The position numbers were made by a program, and so were the translations under genes. From positions 5,958-69,957 of IMG/VR virus record IMGVR_UViG_3300032214_001563: a stretch of DNA of 64,000 nucleotides. The stretch is one strand, 5' to 3'. Below are positions 17,234 to 27,179 of this stretch, one piece after another (positions within the stretch are counted from its first letter, which is position 1; each line of letters starts with the position of its first letter). The notes beneath the pieces are model-generated. The model searched no databases, was not told where the DNA came from, and saw only the letters and a list, made by a program, of their open reading frames with translations. Source of the DNA: a virus.

Positions 17234-20012
17234 AGCTGTAAATATACTGCTCCCAACCTTCTTCCGCCAAATCATAGATATAATTTTCTGAAAGACCTCG
17301 TTTTCCCCAATATTTCACCTCGCCATCAGAGAGTGACATTACCTCCTCCAACTCATCCTGGTCTCCAGTACCCATTGGATAACCATTAATCATTTCACAT
17401 TGAGCGGCAGTAAAAATACCCATTTCTTCGGGGTTATTTACAATTAACCCATTTCTAATGTCATCTTTGAAACAAACCAGCAATGGTTCAATGCGTTTGT
17501 TAAAAGTCGCCATTGCTCTTGCTACATTATAATCACCAGTCAGGTCAGGATTATTCTCCAACTCATCGTTATCGAGAATATAACAGTTGAGTTTAATGTA
17601 AGATGCGATGTCTTGTAAAACTTCTCCAGTCTTTTCAAAATGTTTTTTCTTCTGAAGTTCAGAATACTTCTTAGCAGGAACTTTTTGGACATCACCATGT
17701 GAGGCTTTTTCTCCGTTATTAACATAAAGAATAACGTCTCCCAAGTTCACATTCATCTTGTGTTCAATTGCTAGTTCCATGTGAGCTTGACGTGACATCA
17801 GGGAGCCCGCTTTTGTGGTCTGTGTGCAACGAACTTTGTAGTCCTCAATAGTCTGCTTGATTTTAGCTTTTTGTGCAATCTGAGCCAAAGGAATTTGTTG
17901 GTTGTAAATCTTTTCAATGTACTCATAGTAGTAATCAACAAATTCTTTACCCTTACCTTCCAAAAGCATCTTAATACCCTTGTCCAAGAACTTCTCAATA
18001 TATCCTGGTAGTTTTTTGGATTTAATGGAGTTACCTGTGAGTTTAATCTTTCCCTTGTAATCCATAACCGCATAGTTCTTACGAGCAAGGTTGATACATG
18101 ATGGCCATACACCATCGGTGTCAAGAGCCATTTCCCCCCTCATAAAGATGTCATTATATTCGGCAACGTCTGCTTCAGCACCCTCATATACCTTACCGGC
18201 CTTTACTTTCCAGTTGAGTCCACGACCTACATACTTTCTATCTTTTGCTCCCTCGGGCAGAGAAAAGTTCACACCATCGGTGTCCATAACCAAAGGTGTA
18301 TAACCTCGTGACATAAAGAACTTAATCATTTGACGAAGGTATTGTCTACCGGTACAGGTGATTTGTTCACCCATATACATGTCACCCCATGGAAATACCT
18401 GAGGAGCTGACAAAGCACCAAACATGGAGTTGATAAAGATTTTAATGGGAAGCTGCTTGTTACCATACGATTCACTTTTTTTCCGGTCGATTTCATAGTA
18501 TTCTTCAGCAAGTTGCTTGTACTTAATACGAGCATCACGGAAATACTTTAGCATTCCTTTCATCGCACCAGTAACATCACAAGCAGGGAACACGTCGTGT
18601 ACAAGCTGAATGGAAGGATACAGAGAAGAGAAGTCAAGTTTGAGAACATCCTTGGAATACCCAACCTTTAATAGACGAGAAAGACCACCCACAAAATCTG
18701 TTTTACCTTGCCTAGCAGGTACAGCCAAATTGTTTTTGTAACTCCAAGCCAACATAAGCATTTTCCACAGAGTAGCTGTTCCCATTGTTGAGACCCGCTC
18801 ATAAGTTGTTGGAATCATAGTAGCTAGAAGAAAAGATGCTTGGTTGAACTCCTTATCAACCTTTAAAGTTTCCTCCAAGTCATCCTGAAGATAACGCTCT
18901 ACAATATCAGCACCAGTGGTGAGGAGGTATGTATCTGGAAATTTGACATCTAAATCAACAAAGTCCCCCTTCTTTCGGTATTCACCATTTTTAAGGTTCA
19001 ACCAATATTCTTGGTTGTCGGTATACATTTTACCGATGTTCTCGTGTCCAATATAAACTCGGTCCGGTTCCTTGGCATTGATGTATTCAGAAATGTATTT
19101 CAGACCCGCTGACTTGATGGATGAGTTAATAGCTTGAGCTCTACGAACAGCATGGATAATATCAATGTTGTTGTAACCCCAAATGGAAGTCTGCATATAT
19201 TTCTCCACCTCATTGGCGAGTTTAAGCATATTCTCCTTTTGTGTTACAGAATGCTTGGGGTGAAGAGATTTAATAATCTTCTTGATATCCATACCCAATA
19301 ACCTAGTACGCTCAAACAACCAATACCAGTCAAAGTTTGCTGAGTTGTAACCCCCAATGATACTAGGTTTAAGCTCGTTGATAATGTCGAAAAACTCCCT
19401 AATACCCTTGGCTTCATCTTCCTCATTGATACATTCGATAATCTTATTGTATCCTTTGTTGGTTCTAATACCAATCATAAAGATGCGACCATCCTTAGGC
19501 TCAAGTGAGGTAGTCTCCAAGTCAAAAACCAATCGGGTTACATCATCATAATCTTCAAACCCTTTGAATAAGCGTTTTTCCTTTGAGATAAAGTATTGCT
19601 CGACGGGGGGGAGAATGAGAATCTTCTCTTTAAACTTCTCGCTCCAGGGGTCAGCACCGCCTTCTCTGAAGAATTGAATTAAACTTCTATAACCCTTCAA
19701 GGATTTTACCATAAAGGTCAAACCCTTCTCCATTCGAGGGTCTCCATGAGTGTCTAGCTTAGTGATAACAATTCCATGCTTGGTCATTGCCTCTTTCTGC
19801 AGACCCTTGGAGTTTTGGTAAAAACCCATGTTGTGCAAATCGCCAACCCAACAAAAGGGTATAAAAGTGTCTTTGCGTATTTCTTTGCCTTTACCGGGAA
19901 TTTCTTTGATTTTGTAAATTGAATCTGACGCATAATCAAACTCACACGCTACAATAAACTCCTCAGGGTCATTACCCTCAAGGAATGATTTGATGATTTC
20001 TGAATCAATCAT
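17211..20012 (-). CDS. polB: Family B DNA polymerase
   Basis: ExoI FDLETT, ExoII GYNSANFD, motif A LDFSSLYPSI, motif B KIFINSMFG, motif C DTDG. Confidence 0.95.
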   Translation of the reverse strand: MIDSEIIKSFLEGNDPEEFIVACEFDYASDSIYKIKEIPGKGKEIRKDTFIPFCWVGDLHNMGFYQNSKGLQKEAMTKHGIVITKLDTHGDPRMEKGLTFMVKSLKGYRSLIQFFREGGADPWSEKFKEKILILPPVEQYFISKEKRLFKGFEDYDDVTRLVFDLETTSLEPKDGRIFMIGIRTNKGYNKIIECINEEDEAKGIREFFDIINELKPSIIGGYNSANFDWYWLFERTRLLGMDIKKIIKSLHPKHSVTQKENMLKLANEVEKYMQTSIWGYNNIDIIHAVRRAQAINSSIKSAGLKYISEYINAKEPDRVYIGHENIGKMYTDNQEYWLNLKNGEYRKKGDFVDLDVKFPDTYLLTTGADIVERYLQDDLEETLKVDKEFNQASFLLATMIPTTYERVSTMGTATLWKMLMLAWSYKNNLAVPARQGKTDFVGGLSRLLKVGYSKDVLKLDFSSLYPSIQLVHDVFPACDVTGAMKGMLKYFRDARIKYKQLAEEYYEIDRKKSESYGNKQLPIKIFINSMFGALSAPQVFPWGDMYMGEQITCTGRQYLRQMIKFFMSRGYTPLVMDTDGVNFSLPEGAKDRKYVGRGLNWKVKAGKVYEGAEADVAEYNDIFMRGEMALDTDGVWPSCINLARKNYAVMDYKGKIKLTGNSIKSKKLPGYIEKFLDKGIKMLLEGKGKEFVDYYYEYIEKIYNQQIPLAQIAQKAKIKQTIEDYKVRCTQTTKAGSLMSRQAHMELAIEHKMNVNLGDVILYVNNGEKASHGDVQKVPAKKYSELQKKKHFEKTGEVLQDIASYIKLNCYILDNDELENNPDLTGDYNVARAMATFNKRIEPLLVCFKDDIRNGLIVNNPEEMGIFTAAQCEMINGYPMGTGDQDELEEVMSLSDGEVKYWGKRGLSENYIYDLAEEGWEQYIYSYETETHS

Positions 20013-20029
20013 TTTATAAAAGTTTTACC

Positions 20030-20074
20030 GAGTGACACATTATCTTTCACCAACAGGTGAAGTTTGTCTTGCTC
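20030..20074 (-). promoter_or_regulatory. Structured 5' leader of polB (candidate translational operator)
   Basis: Nested pairing GAG..GACA..TTCACC-TGTT-GGTGAA..TGTC..CTC ending 17 nt before the ATG; TATTTATA at 20082-20089. Confidence 0.45.
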
Positions 20075-20114
20075 ATTCTCTTATAAATATAGATGACCGA
20101 AATCAATCAGTCAA

Positions 20115-20513
20115 TTAGCAACAAGCTTGTTCTGAAATAAAGCTATCTTCGATATTGATGTAAAGTTCCTCTCTGATAGGAACAATAAGACTACCTTGTT
20201 GAGTACCCAAAAGACCACTGTTCTTAATTAGGAACTGTCCCTGGTATCTTCCTGGTGTGTCTGTTTGTCTAGATGTGAACTGATAATAAATGTAATACTC
20301 AACCGGAGCTCCAGGTTCGTTTTGAATTAAACTTACTATAGAACATGGCGCACCTACAATCTTGGGAATTCCCGTCTGAACATTTACCATAGAAAAATAA
20401 ATTGTTGAGAGTTCCAAAAACTCCATGGTATCACCATAACTACTGCGTCCATCCTGAACGACTTGCATTTTTAAAACAGGCAGCGTAGCATTTTTGCGAA
20501 TAAAGAATTCCAT
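20115..20513 (-). CDS. BppU-N-like Ig-fold virion protein
   Basis: FFIRKNATLPVLKMQV...YQFTSRQTDTPGRYQGQFLI pattern; TATTTAT 6 nt upstream. Confidence 0.55.
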   Translation of the reverse strand: MEFFIRKNATLPVLKMQVVQDGRSSYGDTMEFLELSTIYFSMVNVQTGIPKIVGAPCSIVSLIQNEPGAPVEYYIYYQFTSRQTDTPGRYQGQFLIKNSGLLGTQQGSLIVPIREELYINIEDSFISEQACC

Positions 20514-20531
20514 ACAAAGATAAATACTTTG

Positions 20532-22202
20532 TTAGGACTCTTTTCTTAATTTACCATCGTAGAATTCAAACCTGTCGTGTTCAGTGGGGGTTGCAAACAA
20601 CAAAGCGGGCTTAATATTTTCTTTTTTAGTTTCTTGGTAGATATGGCTCATCCAGGTTTGTTCAAATGGTCTATCCCACTTTGTAGTCAAAAACATTTTT
20701 TCATTACCGTATTTGGTAACCACCTGAGGCCAGTTACAATAATAAACTTCGCCAATACCATAAGCCAAGTTTTTGTAAGAACGAACTTCATCAAATTTTG
20801 TTCTTGGAGCATTGGGGTCTAACCCTTGAACTGGCAAGGTAGACTTCTCGGGCCAATATTCCTCTCTAACACTTTGAGGTACATTATACCAAGACCATTG
20901 AGTTCCATTGTCACCATAGAATTCGGTAAAATTGAGTTTCAAGAAATCCAAAGAATCCTTTTTAGCTATTTGAATTGACTTATTATACAAGTCAGGAATG
21001 TGTCTCACAAAACCATTTTTACAAACAGTGTCAACACCGTTGTAGAAAAACATATCATCTTCAAAAAACCAATAGAAATCAAAATTATTTTCTTTTGCAT
21101 GCTCAGCAATCCATTGTCTTCCACCGCAAATACCAAGATTGTCTTTTTTGATGTGTTCGAAATTGAACTCCTCACATAAATTTTGATATGCTTCAGTCGT
21201 TGTCAAATCCGATGAGTTGTCTAATAAAAACTTTTTGGGCTTATCAATAAAGTTTTTATCATAAATGGTCATTGATTTGATAAGGGTTTCAAATTGATTT
21301 GGACTGTTGAAGGTAATAACATAAAGAGCAGTATTTTCAGTGTTCAAATCTGAATAAGCAATTTTGCCCTGAGTATTTTTCACTTTGTGTGTGTTGTTTT
21401 TTAAATCTTCACAAAATTTACCTATCAGACCGTTTCCTTCAATTTCATAGTAGTCAAACAAATCTGGATGTCGATAAAGTAGGATACTAAATAATGACTC
21501 CTCAGTTCCCATGTAACCATCCGATAGAGTTTGGTTCATCACGTTGTAATAAAGACCGTTAACGTCGTTAATAACATCTTTTGAACCACCAAAAATACCA
21601 CCTCGACAAACAAGCTTTACATTTTTACTTGCGTAATTGTTAATCTTAGGATATGAAAATCCATGAATTTCTCTTTCAGCAGCGTAAGGGAATGCTATGA
21701 AACCAAACTTGTTAAATAATTTGTCAAACTTTAAATGAATTTTATCGTGGGTAAAATATCCGGGGTGAACGGTATTCGTAATCCCAGCATCAATCCAAAA
21801 CATATGACTTGAATCAAAAGAATCAAAAATCCTCGCATCATTTAGCAAAAACATTTTCGACATAACAAGTGGATTATACATATCCAATTTTGCTTGCGTA
21901 GATTCTGGCAACCAACCTGATTGATTATACCACTCAGGATTGGTTCTTATATTTTGAATTTTGGTGTAAAAATCATTTTTAAACCATTCTTGACCCCTCG
22001 TAATAAATTGAGTGTTGCTTTTATCTCTTCTTTCCCAGACGAAAGGTTCAAGTTCTGCCTCACCAAAAATTATTAAGTTAGCATCAATTTGTAAAAGCTG
22101 TTCAAACTTGTCCAAATAATGTTGAAAAGAACGTGACCAACCCTCTTGAAGTTCATCACGTTTGATATTCCATAAACCAGTAACGAAAGTAACTTTATTC
22201 AT
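20532..22202 (-). CDS. HtrL/YibB (WlaTC)-like glycosyltransferase fused to a GT-A domain
   Basis: TFVTGLWNIKR, YNPLVMSK, FWIDAG, GGIFGG, GTEES; second domain with NLGICGGR and FFEDD. Confidence 0.7.
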   Translation of the reverse strand: MNKVTFVTGLWNIKRDELQEGWSRSFQHYLDKFEQLLQIDANLIIFGEAELEPFVWERRDKSNTQFITRGQEWFKNDFYTKIQNIRTNPEWYNQSGWLPESTQAKLDMYNPLVMSKMFLLNDARIFDSFDSSHMFWIDAGITNTVHPGYFTHDKIHLKFDKLFNKFGFIAFPYAAEREIHGFSYPKINNYASKNVKLVCRGGIFGGSKDVINDVNGLYYNVMNQTLSDGYMGTEESLFSILLYRHPDLFDYYEIEGNGLIGKFCEDLKNNTHKVKNTQGKIAYSDLNTENTALYVITFNSPNQFETLIKSMTIYDKNFIDKPKKFLLDNSSDLTTTEAYQNLCEEFNFEHIKKDNLGICGGRQWIAEHAKENNFDFYWFFEDDMFFYNGVDTVCKNGFVRHIPDLYNKSIQIAKKDSLDFLKLNFTEFYGDNGTQWSWYNVPQSVREEYWPEKSTLPVQGLDPNAPRTKFDEVRSYKNLAYGIGEVYYCNWPQVVTKYGNEKMFLTTKWDRPFEQTWMSHIYQETKKENIKPALLFATPTEHDRFEFYDGKLRKES

Positions 22203-23076
22203 AAATTCTATTAAACTCTTCTAAAATTCTATAAAAACTTTTTTTATCTTGATAGTATGATATATCCAAATCACGGGGACCAGAATCAGGACACCACCAA
22301 ATATCAAATTCTTTAACTGTAAATAACTCATGATGGTTAACTCTCATCATGGACATAATACCTTCTTCGTGTGGTAAATGTTTATCTTCTGCAACTATTT
22401 TTGTCATGTAATCTTCGAAAATATTTACCATTTCATCCCATTTCGAGACATGACCACCGAATAAACCACCAATAACGTGCAAACTTGCATCGTAATTTTT
22501 ATACCACTTCCGGTCAACAGTTCCCGACCAATAGTACTTGAAATTTTCCTTAGCTAATATCAAAAACTTATTGTCTGTGTCATTTATCAAATTCTGTAAA
22601 AAGTTATTATTAAACAAGGTAGACTCATAGTATCTTCGTTCAGGGTGTGTACCATTAAGATATTTGTTTGGAATCAACCCTGTATGAGATAAACCAGCAT
22701 CAATCCAAAAATAATAATCATAGCTTTTATTTTCATTCCACCACCAATGAAACTTTGAATATTGAATCTCAATACATCTATCGCTTCTTTTTGTGACTTC
22801 AACATCTTTATATTGGTTTATCAAATTTTGATATTTGGTTTGATAAATGTCATAAACTCTAAGTTCCAGTTTTTCAGGGGATACTTGGTGATTAACATAA
22901 AAGAATTCTTTTAAAGATTCTATTTCTCTATCTGAAGTGTAACATAAAAAATCCGCATCACTCATTTTTAGAAGAGAAAGCAAGCTCCATCTGTAGTGAC
23001 CGTTTCTTCCAGGTCTTCCACCCAAATCACTCCCAAACAAATCGCTGTAGATACATGTAATAAATTTAATTGACAT
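22195..23076 (-). CDS. HtrL/YibB-like glycosyltransferase
   Basis: YFWIDAGLSH, IGGLFGG, HEEGIM; paralogous to the N-terminal domain of the neighbouring gene. Confidence 0.65.
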   Translation of the reverse strand: MSIKFITCIYSDLFGSDLGGRPGRNGHYRWSLLSLLKMSDADFLCYTSDREIESLKEFFYVNHQVSPEKLELRVYDIYQTKYQNLINQYKDVEVTKRSDRCIEIQYSKFHWWWNENKSYDYYFWIDAGLSHTGLIPNKYLNGTHPERRYYESTLFNNNFLQNLINDTDNKFLILAKENFKYYWSGTVDRKWYKNYDASLHVIGGLFGGHVSKWDEMVNIFEDYMTKIVAEDKHLPHEEGIMSMMRVNHHELFTVKEFDIWWCPDSGPRDLDISYYQDKKSFYRILEEFNRIYE

Positions 23077-23809
23077 CGATAGTTTCTTTTATACTTTGTT
23101 CTCTTTTTTGTTTATTTAACCCTGCGTTACAAAATTCTCCAGGTATTTTTACTGGACTGAATAAGTTCCAATTATAGGTCTGCAAATAAAAATTATTGTA
23201 ATTACCTTGCGAAATATCGGACCAATCTTCACCTTGAGTACAAACTGGGACAATCGGACAATAACTTTGAAATTTCTGAACAATAAACTGAAAAGTAAAA
23301 TCGTCTAAGGCATAAAAATAATTACCATTTTGAAATCTTGTTTCACCTATATTGAACATTTCATCATAAATTGATTCATCATAAATAATCATGTTAGCAG
23401 CATAAATATCGCGATGATTCGGGTCACGTTTTTCTGGTAGATTTGTCATATCTAAGAGCAAATTGTGTTCTCTAGAACGTTCAATGTGACGATTTAGAGT
23501 CGGTGATAGATTTAGAATAGCATACTCTAAATCATTTATTTCGGAATCTAGTTTATTAATAAAATCATGAGCATAAGGCATAATTTCACAATCATCCTCC
23601 ATAATCATTACTTTTTTATAGCCACGTTCTTTCGCTATTTTTATTATAGATAGTTGTGAGTCGGTAATACCGATATACGAGTTTGTATCAACAGCTTCAA
23701 AAACTTCGTAATCCCATCCGAGATACTCCATTTGTTTTTTGAATCGTTCTAATCTATCTGGTCGTCTTTTTAAATTTACGACAAATTTTGGTATTTCACT
23801 TAGTTTCAT
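23066..23809 (-). CDS. GT25-family glycosyltransferase
   Basis: VVNLKRRPDRL, FEAVD and IMEDDC motifs; ATG 23809 preferred. Confidence 0.75.
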   Translation of the reverse strand: MKLSEIPKFVVNLKRRPDRLERFKKQMEYLGWDYEVFEAVDTNSYIGITDSQLSIIKIAKERGYKKVMIMEDDCEIMPYAHDFINKLDSEINDLEYAILNLSPTLNRHIERSREHNLLLDMTNLPEKRDPNHRDIYAANMIIYDESIYDEMFNIGETRFQNGNYFYALDDFTFQFIVQKFQSYCPIVPVCTQGEDWSDISQGNYNNFYLQTYNWNLFSPVKIPGEFCNAGLNKQKREQSIKETIDVN

Positions 23810-23816
23810 ATTTTTT

Positions 23817-24545
23817 TCATTCTGGCATGTTAGCAAGGTTACGAGCTTGATTCATGTTTGAGTAGTTCGTAAGTCTATTAAGTATATTTGAAAAGGAAGG
23901 TCTTTGATTAAACAATATTGGTGAATGAAAATAAATTTTCAAATCATGATTTTTAATTTCCTGAACTCCTTTTGTTCTGTTATCCATCAACCAGTGGTCT
24001 TTTACTGCTAATACACTAAAATAACTATCAAGTTGTTCTCCGTATACAACTAATTCTTTATCCAGATAATTGAAGTTTTCAACAACAAATTTTGCAAACT
24101 TCAATGACGTAATATAACAAGTTGCTTGTACAAACTTATTTGGTTTGATAAGATTTTCACTAACGTATGTTGCGGGCTCCAGTAAACAAGCACCCAAAAA
24201 AAGAGCATCAAAATCGGTATCGTACAATTTTCCAATCATTTCATCTGTTAATGGACGATTAGATTTATCACATACGTCAAGATAAAAATCATCTTCGAAA
24301 ACAATCATTTTTTCCCAGCCATTGTCAACCTGTTTTTGTAATACTTCCATATGACTATGGGTACAACCTCTAATGACCCAACCCTGGTCGCTATCTTCAG
24401 TAATTTTTATGGCGTTAAATCGTTCAACCCCTTGGATATTATTTTTATCAAATTCCGAAAGGGACTCTTGTAATCTGTCAGTTCTTTCCTCCAGATTAAT
24501 CAAGAAGCCCCTATCGGCAATTTTAATATTATTCCAAGTAACCAT
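23817..24545 (-). CDS. GT25-family glycosyltransferase
   Basis: LINLEERTDRL, RFNAI, GCTHSH and VFEDD motifs. Confidence 0.78.
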   Translation of the reverse strand: MVTWNNIKIADRGFLINLEERTDRLQESLSEFDKNNIQGVERFNAIKITEDSDQGWVIRGCTHSHMEVLQKQVDNGWEKMIVFEDDFYLDVCDKSNRPLTDEMIGKLYDTDFDALFLGACLLEPATYVSENLIKPNKFVQATCYITSLKFAKFVVENFNYLDKELVVYGEQLDSYFSVLAVKDHWLMDNRTKGVQEIKNHDLKIYFHSPILFNQRPSFSNILNRLTNYSNMNQARNLANMPE

Positions 24546-25792
24546 TACAAGTTTCCTGTCAATCGGTCACACCAACCTTTAGATTCTGAGTGAGGCCAAA
24601 CGACCCAGTAAGTGGGTTTTTGAGTTGTTTGAAACTCTCTCCATATTTTACAATACTTGTCTGGGTCATTCATCATCCGAGAAATCTCAGCTTTGTCAGC
24701 ATCTTTTCTATACAAAGTAGAATCGTCCGAACCATGGAAAGCGACAACCCAAAAGTCGTAGTCTTTTTCTGGAACACTTGCGTAGCCCACATCGATACAA
24801 TGTTTGAATACTTGGGCAAAATCTTTTTTCCAGTCCTCTTCAGTTTCGTAATTGTATGGGTTTGGCGGATAGTTTTTATCCAAAGTGTATTGTTGCACTG
24901 CTCTATTTTCGAAAAGCAACCCAGCATATTTTTCATAGTCTCGCAAGGTTCTCTCAGTTCCGAAACCAAAAGGACCATCGTGACCTTCTTGAGTTTCACC
25001 ATCCATACCAAACAATTTTCTGTTTGTTAGGTGGGATTTGTTGTTTTTATCAACCCACTGCTTGTCGTCGTCCCATTGTTTTGTTCTGCCTTTACGAGTG
25101 TATTCATGCCAAATAAGAACTTTATGTGGGTGAAACAAATCATAACCCCAAGTATAAGCTCTAGCAGCAATCGAAATTTCTTCACCATGGAAGTAATATT
25201 CAGGGTTGTGTTGAACTTCAGTGGAGAATTCACCTACCGTAAATGCATAGTGAGCTGAGTAGAATCTAGCAGGAATAGGTTCCTTCAAATCCTTCCAACC
25301 CGGAATTGTCTCAGGCAAGAAGAACACAGCACCTTCGGGAATAAATCTATCAAAAACCATTCGCCACGGTTCTTGAACTCGTCCTGCTGGGTCGTTATCT
25401 GGGTCAAAAGATGAAACATAACCAGTTAATAAAGGCTTCTTATAACCTTTTTTCTGTAGCTGCTTAACCATTTTAATCATCTCATCATCCCAGTTAGGGG
25501 CAAATCTCATGTGAGAGTCAATTTGCATCGTATACTCCTCGTTCTCGTAGAGTTGTTGAGTTAAGTTTCGAGCCCAACAAACTCCTTTGGAATCTTCGTA
25601 AGGGATGTTTAAGATTCTAAATCTCTTGTCCTTCTCAAACTCAGTAAGTTCATCAAACTTATCCTCAGGGTGAAATTGACGAGCAATACCAAAGCGTAAA
25701 TTTTTGGGACGCTTGGCATTCGCAATCATGTCCTTCAAAGTGTGAATTAATTGCGGGTCTCGATAGGATGCAATCTGAATAAATATTTTCAT
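24545..25792 (-). CDS. GT60-family polypeptide/hydroxyproline HexNAc transferase (Gnt1-like)
   Basis: IFIQIASYRDP, GVCWAR, MQIDSHMRF..NWD, FHGEE and YTWGYDLFHP..VLIWHEY motifs; extra C-terminal domain. Confidence 0.8.
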   Translation of the reverse strand: MKIFIQIASYRDPQLIHTLKDMIANAKRPKNLRFGIARQFHPEDKFDELTEFEKDKRFRILNIPYEDSKGVCWARNLTQQLYENEEYTMQIDSHMRFAPNWDDEMIKMVKQLQKKGYKKPLLTGYVSSFDPDNDPAGRVQEPWRMVFDRFIPEGAVFFLPETIPGWKDLKEPIPARFYSAHYAFTVGEFSTEVQHNPEYYFHGEEISIAARAYTWGYDLFHPHKVLIWHEYTRKGRTKQWDDDKQWVDKNNKSHLTNRKLFGMDGETQEGHDGPFGFGTERTLRDYEKYAGLLFENRAVQQYTLDKNYPPNPYNYETEEDWKKDFAQVFKHCIDVGYASVPEKDYDFWVVAFHGSDDSTLYRKDADKAEISRMMNDPDKYCKIWREFQTTQKPTYWVVWPHSESKGWCDRLTGNL

Positions 25793-25937
25793 CAAATAAT
25801 AATTTTAAACTAAAAATAAACACAACGAAGATAAACTGAATAATCCCCTGAAACAAAAAAAAACCTCACAAAGTGGTTTTTTAGTTAAAGGTATAATCGT
25901 TGGTTGGGAAACTAAATTTTATATTGTTGACTGATTA

Positions 25938-26504
25938 TCAACAAGTTCCTGTGTTAATAATTAGAGTTCCACTAATTTGTATAATTTTAACCCCATCAGA
26001 AATTGTGAAGTTTGCACCCACTGGTGGTATTGTAAATTCTCGGTTACCATATACATGGTCTCCAACCGTTAATTGATTGAATGGCTTTGCGGAATATACG
26101 GTAATATTCGAAGGAAATCCACCAAATTGATTGATAGTTTGACAAACATCCTGGTAATATCCACCAGTTCTTAAATTTTGCACATAATAAGGTGATGGTG
26201 TATTTGACGGAGTTGTTGTGTGAGTGGGGGTGGGTGTCTGTGTTGTTGGTGTTGAGGTTAAGCTCACCGTGGGGGTAATTGTTGGTGTAATACTTGGTGT
26301 TGGTGTTGAGGAGGGGCAAAGCCCTATATCAACAATATCCAAAGGGGCGCCATATGGCTCCACGGTTATTGATTCCGCGCAAATGTTTTCAGAAAATAAA
26401 GGAGTAATTTTGGTTATGTTTACACCACCAGTACAACCTGTCCATTTGTAATAACCATCTTGGATTGGGTTGAAATTTGTTACTCTGTAGTATAAACAAG
26501 ACAT
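25938..26504 (-). CDS. Thr/Pro-repeat virion protein
   Basis: Central linker CPSSTPTPSITPTITPTVSLTSTPTTQTPTPTHTTTPSNTPS. Confidence 0.7.
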   Translation of the reverse strand: MSCLYYRVTNFNPIQDGYYKWTGCTGGVNITKITPLFSENICAESITVEPYGAPLDIVDIGLCPSSTPTPSITPTITPTVSLTSTPTTQTPTPTHTTTPSNTPSPYYVQNLRTGGYYQDVCQTINQFGGFPSNITVYSAKPFNQLTVGDHVYGNREFTIPPVGANFTISDGVKIIQISGTLIINTGTC

Positions 26505-26522
26505 GGGTTTTTGGTCAAAAGA

Positions 26523-27164
26523 TTAAAATATCTTGTTCAAAACAAATAAATCAGCATAAAGCTCATTATCGGGGTCGGTTGCACTGAATTGAACCGTTAC
26601 ACTCAAGGTGTTTGTAATTGTAGTATCAAAAGTTGTATTATTTAAATTGACAAAAGCCTCACCGAAGTAGGTGTTATTTGATGTTTTGACAATTTGGAAG
26701 TTACCGTGTGTTGAAATTGATGCAACACCAGCACCCCCTATTGCTCTTATCGTAAAATAAGCGTTGAAAAACCAATTATCATTGTCAGCTGATGGTGCAA
26801 AAGCAGCACTTTCAGCTAACGTTACACCTCCACTTTTTAAACGAATTGTTATCAAATCATTTGTTGTTGAGGCCATTCCTCCCATAACAAGTTGAAAACT
26901 ATCGCCAACGGAAAAACCATTTGCGGGTACAGATAGTGTTCCAACACCAGTGCCTACGATAGATGTTTCTGTTGTTGCCGTTGCTATTGTGCTTGTTCCA
27001 GTCAAGGAATATAGACCGTAAACAACCGGATAAGGGTTTAAACCTGAACTAGTGACTTTATATGTTGTACCATCCTGAGCAACAGCAAATTCTCCTGTTG
27101 GGATAAGTCTTCCAGCACTTGAAGTCGAGATGTCTGGTAATTGGGATATGGGTAAATTTGGCAT
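26523..27164 (-). CDS. Putative tail-fibre/decoration protein
   Basis: N-terminal MPNLPISQLP, beta-rich Thr/Gly/Ser composition; TATTTATA at 27172-27179. Confidence 0.6.
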   Translation of the reverse strand: MPNLPISQLPDISTSSAGRLIPTGEFAVAQDGTTYKVTSSGLNPYPVVYGLYSLTGTSTIATATTETSIVGTGVGTLSVPANGFSVGDSFQLVMGGMASTTNDLITIRLKSGGVTLAESAAFAPSADNDNWFFNAYFTIRAIGGAGVASISTHGNFQIVKTSNNTYFGEAFVNLNNTTFDTTITNTLSVTVQFSATDPDNELYADLFVLNKIF

Positions 27165-27179
27165 TTTATTTTATAAATA

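Noticed and set aside
17211-20012. Intein or intron in PolB, helicase or capsid gene
   Set aside because: No splice-junction or homing-endonuclease motifs seen, and motif spacing looks uninterrupted.
25855-25882. Possible terminator AAAAAACCTCACAAAGTGGTTTTTT between the TP-protein genes and the GT60 operon
   Set aside because: The stem is short, bulged and mostly A-T, too weak to call.
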